Shown here piece after piece: positions 22,601 to 34,468 of a stretch of DNA of 64,000 nucleotides. The notes below the pieces were generated by a model, which worked only from the letters and a program-made list of their open reading frames with translations, did no database searches and was not told the origin of the DNA. This stretch comes from Tubulanus polymorphus (taxonomy: Eukaryota > Animalia > Nemertea), in assembly GCF_964204645.1 (NCBI RefSeq), contig NC_134027.1, positions 25,196,560 through 25,260,559 on the forward strand. The letters are read 5' to 3'. Made by a program: the position numbers and the translations under genes. Within the stretch, counting starts at the first letter, position 1; every line of letters begins with the position of its first letter.

Positions 22601-25600
22601 TATATAGATTTCAATATACTAAATACCTACAACCTACTTTACTGCGGCCAGTTGCTCAGTCAAGGGTTCGATATTAAGACCAGCCTAAAATCATTCTGGT
22701 TCTATAGCCAATCTAACAACTTGAGACCAATCTAAGCTCACTTTGGTTCTATAACCAATCTTACAACTCAAGGCCAGTCTTAAGTCCATTTTTGTTCTAT
22801 AACCAATCTAACCAATAATACCAGTCTAAGCTCATTAATTGGTTCTATTACCAATCTAACAGCTCAAGACCAGTCTAAGACCATTTTGAATCTAGAGCCA
22901 TCTTAACAACTTTGTTCTCAGGATATGAGCCTCCACTCGCATGGTTAGATAATGTCTCCCTGGTGTGTTGTTTTTCAGGTATAATGGTCATGGGAAAACT
23001 AGATGAGATTCTGAAATTAGTCAATACCAAGAAATACGTCGTACAGAAATACATCGGTGAGTATTTCAACTGCAGTTGCAAAAAAAACCAGATTTTTCGG
23101 CTCATTTATTTCGTGAAATTTGCTTATTTTACTTCTCGTTGCACAGAGCGCCCCCTGTTGATTTACAACACGAAGTTCGATATACGTCAGTGGTTTCTGG
23201 TAACCGATTGGAACCCGTTGACCATGTGGTTTTATCAGGACTGTTATTTCAGATTTTGTACGCAGCAATTTACTCTAGACGACTACAACGCGTAAGTGAT
23301 GCCTGATCCGTACTGTAGCAATTGGTAGCAACAAAAATGATATCCAACTTTCAAAACCATTCAATTTCTTTGAATTGATTCAGTTAATATTAGTAAATTG
23401 AGTTTTTTGTTACCAATTCAGGGTGGTCACTTACCTACCTGGAAACCAGCGATAAGTCAGGGAAATATCTTATCTACCATATATAAGATATTTTCTTGAA
23501 AAAATTTTATAAAAAAAGCTAAAAATCAGGGAAAAGTCAGGGAAATTTTCTGTGGATGTCAACACGCAAGTCAAATTTAGAGTCAAATTTAACCGAGACT
23601 GTGGATCGTAGGGCCAGTTCCAAAGTAGAAACTTAAAACCAAAAGTGGCCCTAAATCTTAAGACTGGTCTAAGCATCTAAGTCATTAGATTGACTTATAA
23701 CTCATGTGGTCTTAAGCAGGTCTTTAGTCTAAGCCTATGAAACCGGTTGCAGGTTCCACTGGATCATTTCCTTAGATTACAAATCTATGATCTATTTTTG
23801 GACACTTCTTCTATAGAAAGTTTTGCTAGTCGTAGATAAACCGAACCGGTCTCGAAAGTTTTATACGTTTTTATGACGTAATTTCGTCATGTTTTTACAG
23901 GTCGATTCATCTATGCAATAACTCGATACAGAAACACTACAGTAACGGACCTCGTTCATCTCATTTACCTCAGGATAACATGTGGGACAACGATCAATTT
24001 AAAGATTATCTCAGGTAGAGAAATAACAAGAAACTTCAGCTAAACGACACCTTGAAAATTATAGCACATATATATTGCTTAGTAAAATAGGAAATTATGT
24101 AGGCCTAAAATAAAGAATGAATAAGATTATTTTGGGTTTGAATATATCGATAATTGAATTTACCGGCAACCAGTCGAGCAACGATATATCGATGATGTAG
24201 TGCACATCAACTCCCCCTTAAATACCGGTAATGCGTATTGTAAAGGTTTTTTATGGCGTCAGAAAGTTAGATTTTAAAGACTATCATTCTATCTTGCATA
24301 TGAACTACATGATTTCCCGATCCTAGAAATTCAAGACTTTATTTTGTCTACTTTCCTGACTATGGAGTTTTCAAAATTACGAATTAATACTTTTTTCACT
24401 GAATAAAATGATATTTCTATTCACGCAGACGTAGAGGTCACGGTGATGTTTGGGATAAAGTGATCTATCCCGGTATGAAGGAGGCGGTGCTCTCGGCTCT
24501 ACTCTGTACACAAGATCTAGTTGAATATAGAAAGGTTCGTTCTATTTTTTGGGGCTACCATCTTTTTTAAAAGCGTTATTGGTGAAAAACTTAACAATGA
24601 GACCTCATTACAGTGTGCACATTTTATATTATAAACCTTCATACAGTGTACACCTTTATGAAGTGGGCGCGCCACAATAATTTGTAGATTTGTAGAGCTA
24701 TTCACTATTCACTTATTAAACTAAAAACTTACATATTTGTTCTTTCATGAAGTCATCATTTGAATTGTACGGTGCTGATTTTATGATCACTGAAGATTTC
24801 CGTCCGTGGTTGATAGAGATTAACTGTAGCCCGACGATGGCTCCTAGTACTAAAGTGACGTCACGACTTTGCGCGAATGTTCAGGAAGACACGATCAAAG
24901 GTACCACACAATCTGACTAAAATCCAGAGGCTCATTACATAGTGCTAGTAGAGATTCAAAATGTAGGAAAAAGTAAACTTGATCATTGAGCATTATCAAT
25001 TATCTTATCAGATACCTGGAACAGTTCCAAAATAATTTTAAGAATTTCAGACTGAGTTATTGGGAATAGATAGATTGTTTCTCAAACCGTAGTTATTCTT
25101 AACCTGGACCCAATTGCACAACCATGAGCGAGTCTAAAAGTGGTCCTAAGTCTTAAGAAGACTGGTCTTGAGTTGTTAGATTGATTATGGAACCAAAATG
25201 CGCTTAGATTGGTCTGAAGTTGTTAGATAAGCTTCAGAATCAAAATACGGTAGGCTTAGACTGATCTTAAGTTGTTTGATTGGTTAGCGAACCAAAATAA
25301 GCTTAGACCGGTCTTGGATCTTACGCCGGGTAGTTGCTTGGTCATGGCTTAGATCTAACACCAGTCTAGGACCATATTAGTTCTAAAGCCAAACAACTTA
25401 AAACCAGTCTAAAGATTTAAGACCACTTTTGGACATACCGGCAGGTCGTGACCGTGTGACTGCTTGACTCTGCCTTGTGAATACATTAGAAAGTCATATT
25501 TTCATGTTCAACGTTTCTATTTTTCAGTCGTAATCGATCGAAAATATGACAAAACGGCAGACGTCGGACGATTCGAATTAGCGTATAAACAGAGCGTCGT

Positions 25601-26591
25601 CGACGTTCCTCCGTACATCGGACTGTGTTTATCGGTCGAGGGTCAGGGCATCCGTAAACCCGGTTCGATTCTCACCGCTCGCAGAAACACGTGTGCTAGT
25701 TTAGACATAGTCGCCGAAGTGAATCAGAATCAAACTAAAGAATCGAAAGTGAATCGTAGTTCGCCGTACTTGGCGTCGAGCGGCGCGGCGGCCGCGCTCG
25801 AACAGACGTATTCCAACAATAAACCGTTGCCGTTCTCGTACACGAAACCGACGAATCATTACAAATCACCGACGCTGTCTTCCTCGTTGTCATCAACGAC
25901 ACTCGGTAAAAAAGACTCCGTGAATTCCGTGACGAGCAAATCGTCGTCGTCGGCGGCGACGACAGTAAAAAACGCGACCAGTTCGTCGTCGATGGTCGCG
26001 GCGACCGGTTCTCGTAGTCGCGATAACAACATCGTTCAACAGCAGACGACGGCGAGACAGTTACCGGAACGCGAACGGTTCCCGCTGCGATTGACGAACG
26101 TCGACGCCTTAGATTTGAAGCAGGCGCTGGCTCCGCCCTCGAAAGGTAATGATAATCAAAACAACAACAGCGCCGGCGTCGTCGTCGGCGGGAGTGAGGA
26201 TGAATTAATCGAACGTTTAAAAACGATTGTCGAAGAGAAATCGTTGCTCGGTTCGTCAACCGCGTTTTCTCACAGAAGTTCCGCTGATAGTAATCGAATT
26301 CCCCCTCCTCGAATCGTCGGGCTCGATAGCGCAAATCATCGGCTGCGCGGCGAGATTCCCGTTTTGAATCGCGCGCCCGTCGTCCCGGCGATTCGAAATA
26401 AAAAAGGACGCTCGAAAAGTATCGATCGGTTCGATGACGATGATAAAGCGAGTTTCCGATTGCCACAAGTTCCGTATGCAAATATGGTATCCGATGAGAC
26501 CGTCGTTTCGGGGGGTGCTAAGTCGTCCAGCGCGCCTAGATTACGATATTTTTCGAGTCAAAAACCGCAAAACAGTTTATTCATAGAATGA
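10694..26591 (+). CDS. TTLL3: Tubulin monoglycylase TTLL3/TTLL8-like
   Basis: Phase-consistent exons: 10694-11344, 11786-11875, 15847-15979, 17401-17580, 18068-18207, 18639-18837, 19451-19515, 19972-20218, 20997-21185, 21444-21565, 21654-21715, 22094-22242, 22979-23056, 23147-23291, 23901-24014, 24429-24534, 24753-24900, 25528-26591. Motifs [124 protein letters not shown]. The first four exons are low-complexity and less certain. Confidence 0.92.
12934..13170. mobile_element. MITE of the 61882-62101 family, opposite orientation
   Basis: aaaatgataccttg ... gagaaacaaggtattaattt; internal gggtctgtt, tgatcatgatttt, ccgggtcaac. Confidence 0.6.
15010..15369 (+). promoter_or_regulatory. Candidate internal promoter and non-coding first exon of the TTLL3-like gene
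   Basis: CACCC/GC-box run 15010-15055; X-box-like cttgccgtagcaaac (15054), gttgcctggtgaac (15088), atcgtcatggctac (15189); donor ctg|gtgagt after 15369. Confidence 0.4.
15455..15680. mobile_element. MITE family B derivative with internal tandem expansion
   Basis: Repeated gttgttagattggctatagaaccaaaatga..tcagactgg units. Confidence 0.6.
18334..18623. mobile_element. piggyBac-like MITE
   Basis: TTAA|cccttctcagtgc ... gcactgaaaggg|TTAA; near-identical copy 60829-61105; partial copies ~19637-19900, 21772-21910, 28940-29086. Confidence 0.8.
20247..20806. mobile_element. piggyBac-like MITE containing a 50-bp minisatellite
   Basis: cccttttcagtgc ... gcactgaaaggg|TTAA; interior related to 18334-18623 in reverse. 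Confidence 0.7.
20328..20614. repeat. 50-bp tandem repeat, about 6 copies
   Basis: catacacactgttatattgcatctacctctcagtgcggtgtggtgtatat at 20328, 20378, 20428, 20473, 20523, 20573. Confidence 0.95.
22646..22910. mobile_element. MITE family B derivative with internal tandem expansion
   Basis: ggccagttgctc start; repeated ggttctat.ccaatctaacaact..agaccagtctaag. Confidence 0.6.
25104..25460. mobile_element. Cluster of MITE family B derivatives
   Basis: Repeated gttgttagatt...aaccaaaat..gcttaga units followed by a degenerate family B copy. Confidence 0.55.
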
Positions 26592-27262
26592 CTGGTTGTA
26601 GTGTACGCATCATCGCGATGATATTCAGCTCAATCCCAGTTTTTTCTGCGGTTAATTTTGAGAGTTTTAGAGTGTTTTTCTTTTTGCTTCTAAAAAATAT
26701 GTAATTTTGGTCTTAACTAACGTGAAAGTTTGAACTAAACGATTCCTGAAGCACGACTGGATTTTCGGTGCAAGTGGCCTAGTAATCTTTTACCTATATA
26801 GAATAGAATTTCCATTGAAAATTATTTTTTGCACTTGCATTTTATGCAAATTAGGGACAGGGGGCCAGGATCTCATATCAGCAATTTAGCGTCGTAAGTA
26901 TCGAAAGACGGAAAGCTGAATGGCAAAAAGTCTAAAAACTGCCATTCGGAAAATCCATTTGTCTTGACCAAGTATTTGACTTGAATAAAACCCAGGGGCC
27001 TTGGTAGTTAAGCTTAAACGTATTAGGCTTATTTCGTTGATAATCAAACTTGAAATTAACCAAAAATTTGAGATTAGTTTTTCCATGGTTCGATAGATCA
27101 AATTTAAATGGCTTAATTCCGATGAAACTACAGTTTTATATCTGTCTATTGAGTGACTTGTGAAGTAAGAATGATTGTCACTCAATTTATATTCTCTTTT
27201 CCTGCTGCTAATCTATCGGTTATACATAATAAAAGACGAAAAACTTATTATTTTGGTCGCAG

Positions 27263-27396
27263 GCAAAACGAAGTCTTCACCCGGTTATCGCAAACATACT
27301 ATTGACGATTTGAAAGCAGCCCATGTCATCAAGGTTCCTCTACCAAAAAAGCTGTCATTTGGAAAACTCCCAATTATAAAGACTCAGATTTTGTAA
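27263..27396 (+). CDS. Candidate alternative terminal exon of the TTLL3-like gene (GKTKSSPGYRKH...KTQIL*)
   Basis: Acceptor ttttggtcgcag, phase 1, open to TAA; compatible with the phase-1 donor AAG|gtaatg after 26145. Confidence 0.4.
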
Positions 27397-27476
27397 AATC
27401 TCATCCGCGAATGAGGTATCAATGTACGCTCAAATCTATTCTTTATTATATTTTTTATCATCTCTCTCTGTCTATC

Positions 27477-27772
27477 CCTGCACACACTGTGTGGTAATAC
27501 TATTCCTGTGTGCACACTGGTGATACTATACCTGTGTGCACACCCGTGTGGTAATACTATACCTGTCCGCACACACTGTGTGGTAATACTATCCCTGTGC
27601 ACACCGTGTGGTAATACTATTCCTGTGTGCACACTGGTGATACTATACCTGTGTGCACACTGTGTGGTAATACTATCCCTGTGCCCACACTGTGGTAATA
27701 CTATCCCTGTGCACACACTGTGGTAATACTATCCCTGTGCACACCGTATGGTAATTCTATCCCTGCTCACAC
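27477..27772. repeat. Minisatellite, units of about 24-30 bp
   Basis: Variants of cctgtg(tg)cacacactgtgtggtaatactat. Confidence 0.9.
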
Positions 27773-29947
27773 CATTCCAAAGTTCTGGAACCAGTTCCAC
27801 AGTACTGGCACCCAGCTGCTCAGTTATAACTGAATTCCTAGAGCCCTTTTTTCATAATAACAATATTTGTACTGACATTTTGCTGTCGTATTTCTTTCTG
27901 CAGTTATGCGCGTCAAATTGCCACCTCTTACTAGAGCTCACATCTACAATCATCGAAATCGTTCACCAGTTTTGTAAGCAAACTTTTGAGAACTGGGGCC
28001 AATTTTCGAGACCGGTTTTGATTTTTAACTCAAATTGCTTGAATAGTGAAATTAACCCAGAGTTTAAGATGAAACTGGTCGCATGAAAATGGCCTCGAGG
28101 CATTGTTGCATAGCCATGGCTGAATCCTAACATAAACCTAGTCATCATTCTACCGGTACTGGTCTTAAAGCTGTAAGATTGGCTTCTGAACCAAAATGAA
28201 CAGTTCTTGAATCTTAGCCTGGACTGTGCAACCAGCCTCTGATACTTTGTGTAATGCAGTGCCTTATAATATATATTATGATTTTGTATGATTATTTACC
28301 TGCTTGCTATAAGATATTCTCCAAAATGTAACACCCCTAAGCCTTGAAAAATGAGCATCATCCGGGTCTAGAAAAATCAAAAGTTTGTTAAACTAAAATA
28401 TGGATGTATTTTTTTTGTCTATCTGATCAACATCATGAGTTCATTGTAAACTGCTGAATAGAAATCGATGAGATCTAAAAAATCTTTCCGAAGATATCCT
28501 TCACGGTGTTTAAACTGAATCCGAAAACATTTTTTTCAAACAAAAGCGAAAAGGATATTTTCTGGACGGTGTCAATAAGTTTTTCTTCATTACTCTGAAT
28601 ACTATATTTTAACCGATTTCTTGTGGTTTCAATTTCATCACGTTAAAGTTCGAGAAAGAAACATGACCGGCGTTTGCACGCTTCTGGACATGGTTCCACG
28701 GTTCTGGATTAGAATTTGACTATGGTTGAATTGGGGCAACTGTGGAACTGGATCTATCTTTGTAGGGCTTCATTTCTACTGCATGCACTCCTATGCACAC
28801 CCTCAGACTACATCCTCCTTCAACAGGGATATTTATAATCTTGTCTCTCGTGAGACAGCCACGATAGAAAGTCATGCCCTAGTTGCACACCTTTTAAAAT
28901 GTATCAACTGTGAGGGAGGATGCCTCAATCATACACCATAAACCCTTTTAGTGCTGACTAACCAATACACTTTCAGTGCTGGAGATATTTTGACAATTCA
29001 ATGCAATACAAGGCAATGCAGTGTACTAGCAAAGGCCTCACCAATTTGTACACCGCACTGCGGTGTAGACACACTGAAAGGGTTAAGTCGGGCATAGATC
29101 AACCTTCTGACTGCCAGCGATTCTCTGCGACCGCCAATTGTATTGCAGTCAAACTATGTGGCCATTTTGACTGGTTGCGTCACTGGCAGTCACAAGTCGA
29201 CCTGCACCTGCCTTTAGAACTATACTCATCTTGATAATCATAATTTCTAACTTAGCTCTAGATATTTATGGTGTTGGGAAATGATAATCAAATTATTTAC
29301 ACTTATTAATTGAATTATCTATTGAATTAGTTCCCCTGATTTAATTATGATAATACATTTTTACGAATCTGTATACGTTTCAGTAATACTCAACGCTCTA
29401 CCCACAATATGTGTAGGGATTTACAGATATTTAATTCTTTGATTTACACTTTTAATTTCTAAAAAGATTTTCATCAATTTCAAAAATTCACTTTAAGAAT
29501 ATTCTTGCACTCTTTGAATTAAGTTATTAAGTCACCTGATATCTTAATGTACAATAGACTCCGTACGCCTTACTCAGTTCGGTTTGGATAAGTCTGGATA
29601 AGTCATCAGCAATTTAAGCAAATTTGAGTCTTCAGGTTCCAGTTGCTCAAAACATGGTCACAGTTTACCAGTGGATAATTGACATAGTCACAGTTAAAAC
29701 TTCATTGTTACTACTACGTACTCTGGTATTTATCCAGAGGTTAACTTTTAACAGCAACTGTCCTCTGATATGTGATTAGATTTTTTCACTCTCATGGCAG
29801 GACCTAGGCAACGTTTGCCCCTCAAAATCTAAGCATATCTTTTAATGAGTTGGTTGGAGTCTACTGTACATGTAAATGTCTATGTATTGTATTGCATGCT
29901 TTGAGCCTTAATTCTAACTGTGCGCACTTTTTTCTCGCCGTCCACAG

Positions 29948-30432
29948 GTTCTCTGGCAGTCGAGGGCAGCTGGGGTCAGATTTGTGCCAAGTGCGGCAAC
30001 AACCTAAACATGATGTTCCACTACGACAACGAACACCAGTGCAAATGTCGGCAAGACAGCGTCAGTTCAGCCGGGGTCAAATACAAACGTTGTAAAAGCG
30101 CGCGTACGCCTTATTCCCCGCGTGCGTCCGATGTATCGCCGCGCCCGCCGAGTTCCAGCGCGACCGCCGTTCCCCGCGATCACATCCTAGCAGCCGTTTA
30201 CAAACGCGGTTCGTGCGGATTCGAACCGCGACCAACGACGACACCGCAGCAGCATCATCGCGCTTTAAAATCGACGGACTCCGGATTTCGCATCCCTCCC
30301 TTGACGAACTCGCGTTCGGTCGTGCACGCTTTCCCCTCGCTTACGCAACAAGGCACCGGTAACCGGCGTAGTCTCGCGCTCGGGTCTTTATACTCACGCA
30401 GTTTCTACCGCGCACGCCTCGGCGGCCATTAA
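29948..30432 (+). CDS. Candidate alternative terminal exon of the TTLL3-like gene (GSLAVEG...CAKC...HQCKC...ARLGGH*)
   Basis: Acceptor tttttctcgccgtccacag, phase 1, about 160 open codons with the CG-rich codon style of other exons here; AATAAA at ~30450. Confidence 0.6.
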
Positions 30433-31284
30433 AATCTCATTCGCGCTTGAAATAAACTTTCAGCTTTGTGATGTGCAGTTTTGCAGTTTTAATGTGCTTT
30501 TTGAAAAATTCACCGTTTTGGGGCCATCTCAATAGTTTAATAAATCAAGCCAAAATTAAGTCCCTCAACTGCCAATTGTTTTGTGTGGTATCAGCGATAC
30601 CATAATACCGGGTAGATCATGCCTTTTTAGACCCCTACGTGCCTTGTTTTTAACCCCCCCTTTGCAAAGGTGTCCCCCTTTTAGAAAATATCCAAAAAAC
30701 TTTGTGACGATTATTTTTGATAAAATCATGTTTACTACAATTATTACAAAAACTATTTAAACCTGCTTGGTTTTTTTCTGGGCGTATTAAACTTTTCGTT
30801 CGAGACTGTAAAAAGTATTTATCACCGTTTTAAATTGTTTTTTTCTTTAATTCTAAAACAATAAAGGCCTCGTACATCATGTGATATAAAATGATAGGTA
30901 CTCGATGCCGATATCAAATGCTATCCGGTATATGAATAGAATTGTTGCCGCGTGATTATGTTTTTGTTTTCATTCCTGTTGAATATTGAAGAGATTTTGT
31001 TTTTTATACTGTGATGATTTTATATATTATTTAGTGCTGAAAGTGATATATTTTATTTACGCTTAGTTTAATGTGAGTTGTCTATACACATGTGTGTCAG
31101 AACTATTAGAAAAATTTGTTCCTAAAATGTTTACAAATATTATATTGTAACTGTATACATGTACATGTACTTATATTCTTAAGAAAAGAATCGAATATAT
31201 AAGTAAGAAGTTTTTTTTTGTGGGTTGACAAAAGGCAGGAGGAATTCTCTAGTTTACCTGTCTGCTCAAATAGCAGAATGTGGC

Positions 31285-31565
31285 CTGTTTGTTTACATCA
31301 GGTGACCACCTCTAGACCAATGAGAATCTAGGATTACCGGTACTAAACCAAAGTAACTCTAGGGTTGGCCTGATTTCTTGCATCAGGTGACCAGCTCTAG
31401 CCCAATCAGAATCTGGGGATAGTAAACACAATAACCCTAGGTTTGACCTGTATATTGAAATTAGGTGAACACCTCTAGACCAATCAGAACCTAGGGTTTT
31501 ATCAGCCATGCTCACAAGGTTTGACCCATTTGTTTACATCAGGTGACAGGTTCTAGACCAATCAT
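31285..31565. repeat. Degenerate ~80-bp tandem repeat
   Basis: catcaggtgaccacctctagaccaat.agaatctagg recurs four times. Confidence 0.7.
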
Positions 31566-32399
31566 GATGGCCCTTCATAACATTTACTGGATATGAGTTC
31601 ACATTGGATAAATAAAGTTATCTAAAGAAACTATGAGAAATGAGGATTTATCAAGAATTGACGAGAGACCCTTCGATCACATTAATGAATCACGCTTGAA
31701 TCACAGACTTAACTGTATATGTATGTTAACTGTGTCAGTTTCATCAAACGTATTACACACTACAATGAAACCCTAAAGGGAGCCCTACCTTGGACTATGT
31801 GTTCTTTCTACCATTTACCTCGTATCTGATCCTCTGGGAAGTCGTCACCACCATTGCTGACATGGTGTTTCATTTAGTATCATCCACAGCTATATTAAAT
31901 GTTCATTACACTGTGTCCTATGGTTCTCTTAGCAAGGAAGTAAATACTGAGGAGCACTAACTTCTGCACCATAAGCATAACTACCGGTACTACCAATATC
32001 ACCACATAGAGTTGACCTATACTTCAACATGGTTAAATCATCCATGCTTGAATGACTGCTGGTCTACTGGAAATGTGCTCAATCGCTGAATGCAATTTAG
32101 ACCTTTCAAAAAATGAGACATTAAGACCATGCGTTTGAATCTATCACTGTCTTGATTTATTTCACATATTTCCAAAAACTCGAATGTTTATCTATAATTA
32201 ATCATTAGTACATTTCATAACAGAACCCGATCAATGTTGTACGCATTGAACACAGGTTTTATAGGCGGGTAGTTTTCATAAGTCATTTCTATTGTAAATC
32301 ATTGGTACGGCAGCAAAGAGTCCATTTAGACTGGTATTGAGTTACAGCATAAGTCCTCAGATAATCATAGTATTTGCGTACATATAATACATAGTCATC

Positions 32400-32657
32400 G
32401 TAGAGAGAATCCCACAATTATAACGAAAAAGTCCGAAAATGTAATAATGTTCCTGAAGATGACTATTAGGATATAGTTGAAACGTTGAATAAACTACACT
32501 AGTTCAAGGAATACAGTATTCCTGAAGATGACTTTTAGGATAAAGTCGAAACGTTGAAATAAACTACTATCTCGAAGTTACATTTTCGGACTTTTTCGTT
32601 ATAATCGTGGGATTCTCTCTACATCGCGTCAACACGGATATAGTGTTCTATCAATCG
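32400..32657 (+). mobile_element. Short non-autonomous Penelope-like element with 45-bp inverted arms and 15-bp TSD
   Basis: Inverted arms 32400-32444 and 32578-32622; direct repeat taatacatagtcatc at 32385-32399 and 32658-32672; arm and tail sequences resemble 59762-59980 and 62464-62527. Confidence 0.75.
32448..32561 (+). ncRNA. Two tandem minimal type I hammerhead ribozyme motifs
   Basis: CUGAAGA-U-stem II-GAAACGUU at 32453-32486 (GACUAU/AUAGUU) and 32522-32555 (GACUUU/AAAGUC); palindromic ACGU stem III. Confidence 0.7.
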
Positions 32658-33585
32658 TAATACATAGTCATCATCCGCATACAGTAGACTGCTCCTAGAA
32701 CTTTATAGAGTTAGACAATGGAATCTACTTCACATTCTGTTGCAATGTTCTAAAATTGTTATATACGAGACAAGTGAGTCAACGCGTAGACAAATAGAAC
32801 TTAGTATGTTAACTAGATTTTATCAAAAGTACGAGCTTTCATTACTAGTGTATAGGTAAATGAGTGATTCAAAGCTAGCTTGTACTTTCAATAAAATCTT
32901 GTTAACGTACTAAGTACTATTTGTCGTCATATTTACTTATTTAACATCAGGTTAACAGGACTTCTCCACAACTCTCCACTTGTTTAAGTCATAGCTGGAC
33001 TTCATTCGAGTAAAGAGGAGTCCTGTGTACGCGAGCTTGGACTGTCTAAATTTACTTTTTTTTTCTGCATACGCACTTAAAAGAACACTCCCTTTCCCGA
33101 ACAGAGATCATTAAGCTCTTTATAATCTACTTGTCATAATGGTATACAATACTATCTACAGATTATGCTTTATTTTACAAACCCACACGTTCTGGATTCA
33201 ATTAGATCCCTAATATCAATGCCTTTTTGATACATTTCAACGTCCTCCGAAACGGGCCTTTTTCAGAAATAAAACAATCGACAAATTGAAAATAATGATT
33301 TACGCAACACGAAATATAAACCTATGTGCGAGATAATAATAAAACAAATGTTTAAACCCTTCCCCTCTTGCCAATATTCTATTACATTTACATTACTGAA
33401 TTGCCAAAATAAAAAATGTACCAGTACTTTATAGATATGATAATAATGAGGGTTGGCACCCCAAAATCGTGGATACCGGATAAGCGTGTCTTGAATACTG
33501 GATAAGAGAGAGCTATTCACATGACAAAAATAGCGTTAGATTTCGTATATCTTAGTAAGGTTCTCGTTACTAAGGAATACTGAAG

Positions 33586-33630
33586 CACTCCCGAAGATGA
33601 CTTAAAGGATTAAGTCGAAACGTTGAACAT
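33586..33630 (+). ncRNA. Degenerate hammerhead motif of the same family
   Basis: CCGAAGA-U-GACUUA(aaggau)UAAGUC-GAAACGUUG; core has U4C; followed by a degenerate arm-like sequence. Confidence 0.5.
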
Positions 33631-34363
33631 AAATCCTTAAACCTTTCCGGACTCGTTTCTTTCTATCATATGTATAGGATTCTCTATATTATCATTACAA
33701 CACCTACTCGATGTTAAACAATGCTAAAACATAGCGAAGTCGGTCACTTCCGGAACCAGTTGCAATTCATACACATTGATTTGACCCCTGTTAAAATTTG
33801 GCTTGGGCCTGGTGCGACGTTTTTGGTTGGGCCAAATAGGCACGGACCCATTATGCACCTGCGTGAACAGTTAGTTGTTCCCGGCCAAATTGTAGAAATT
33901 TGGGCCGGGCCAAAAATACTTCGTGGCTCATATGCACGTTGAAACAAGAAATGTAGACCCTGCATAATGCGTACAGATCTTACCAGAATACTAGCAGTTT
34001 TTTATGTTGAATACTGTGTACTGTACCCCAGGAGATGCCAACCCTTGATAGGCATAAACAATATCATTTCATCAATTCAAATGCATCAAACACATTGTGT
34101 AGGAATGAACAGCAAGAACTATGATAAAAATAATTTGAGTTAAACACGAAGCAAGCTCTAAATATCTACAAAGAGTGGTCCCTTAGATTCCGAATTCAGA
34201 AAATACTGTAAAAGACAATTATAGATTTTGAAACTGCTCCTTTTACTTAAAAATGTCTTAAAACAATTTTTGATCAAAGGTTAAATTCTAACCATGACAA
34301 CATCCCCCTCAATAAGAACTTCAATGTCTGTTTCCCAGCATGTTATACCGTGTTATAAAATTG

Positions 34364-34468
34364 GACCCAGTTCCACAGTTGTGAGTTAGAGTTAACTCTG
34401 AGTTAAAGTTAGTTCATTTTCAATGTTTTAACTCGGAGGCAAATCTTAACTCAGAACTGGACTGGACC
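34364..34468. mobile_element. MITE family A copy
   Basis: Near-identical to 3312-3419. Confidence 0.75.

Noticed and set aside
25735-26481. 248-aa minus-strand ORF
   Set aside because: Antisense shadow of the GC-rich TTLL3 exon; no recognisable domain.
27384-27726. Cys/His-rich repetitive ORFs
   Set aside because: Translations of the minisatellite, not zinc fingers.
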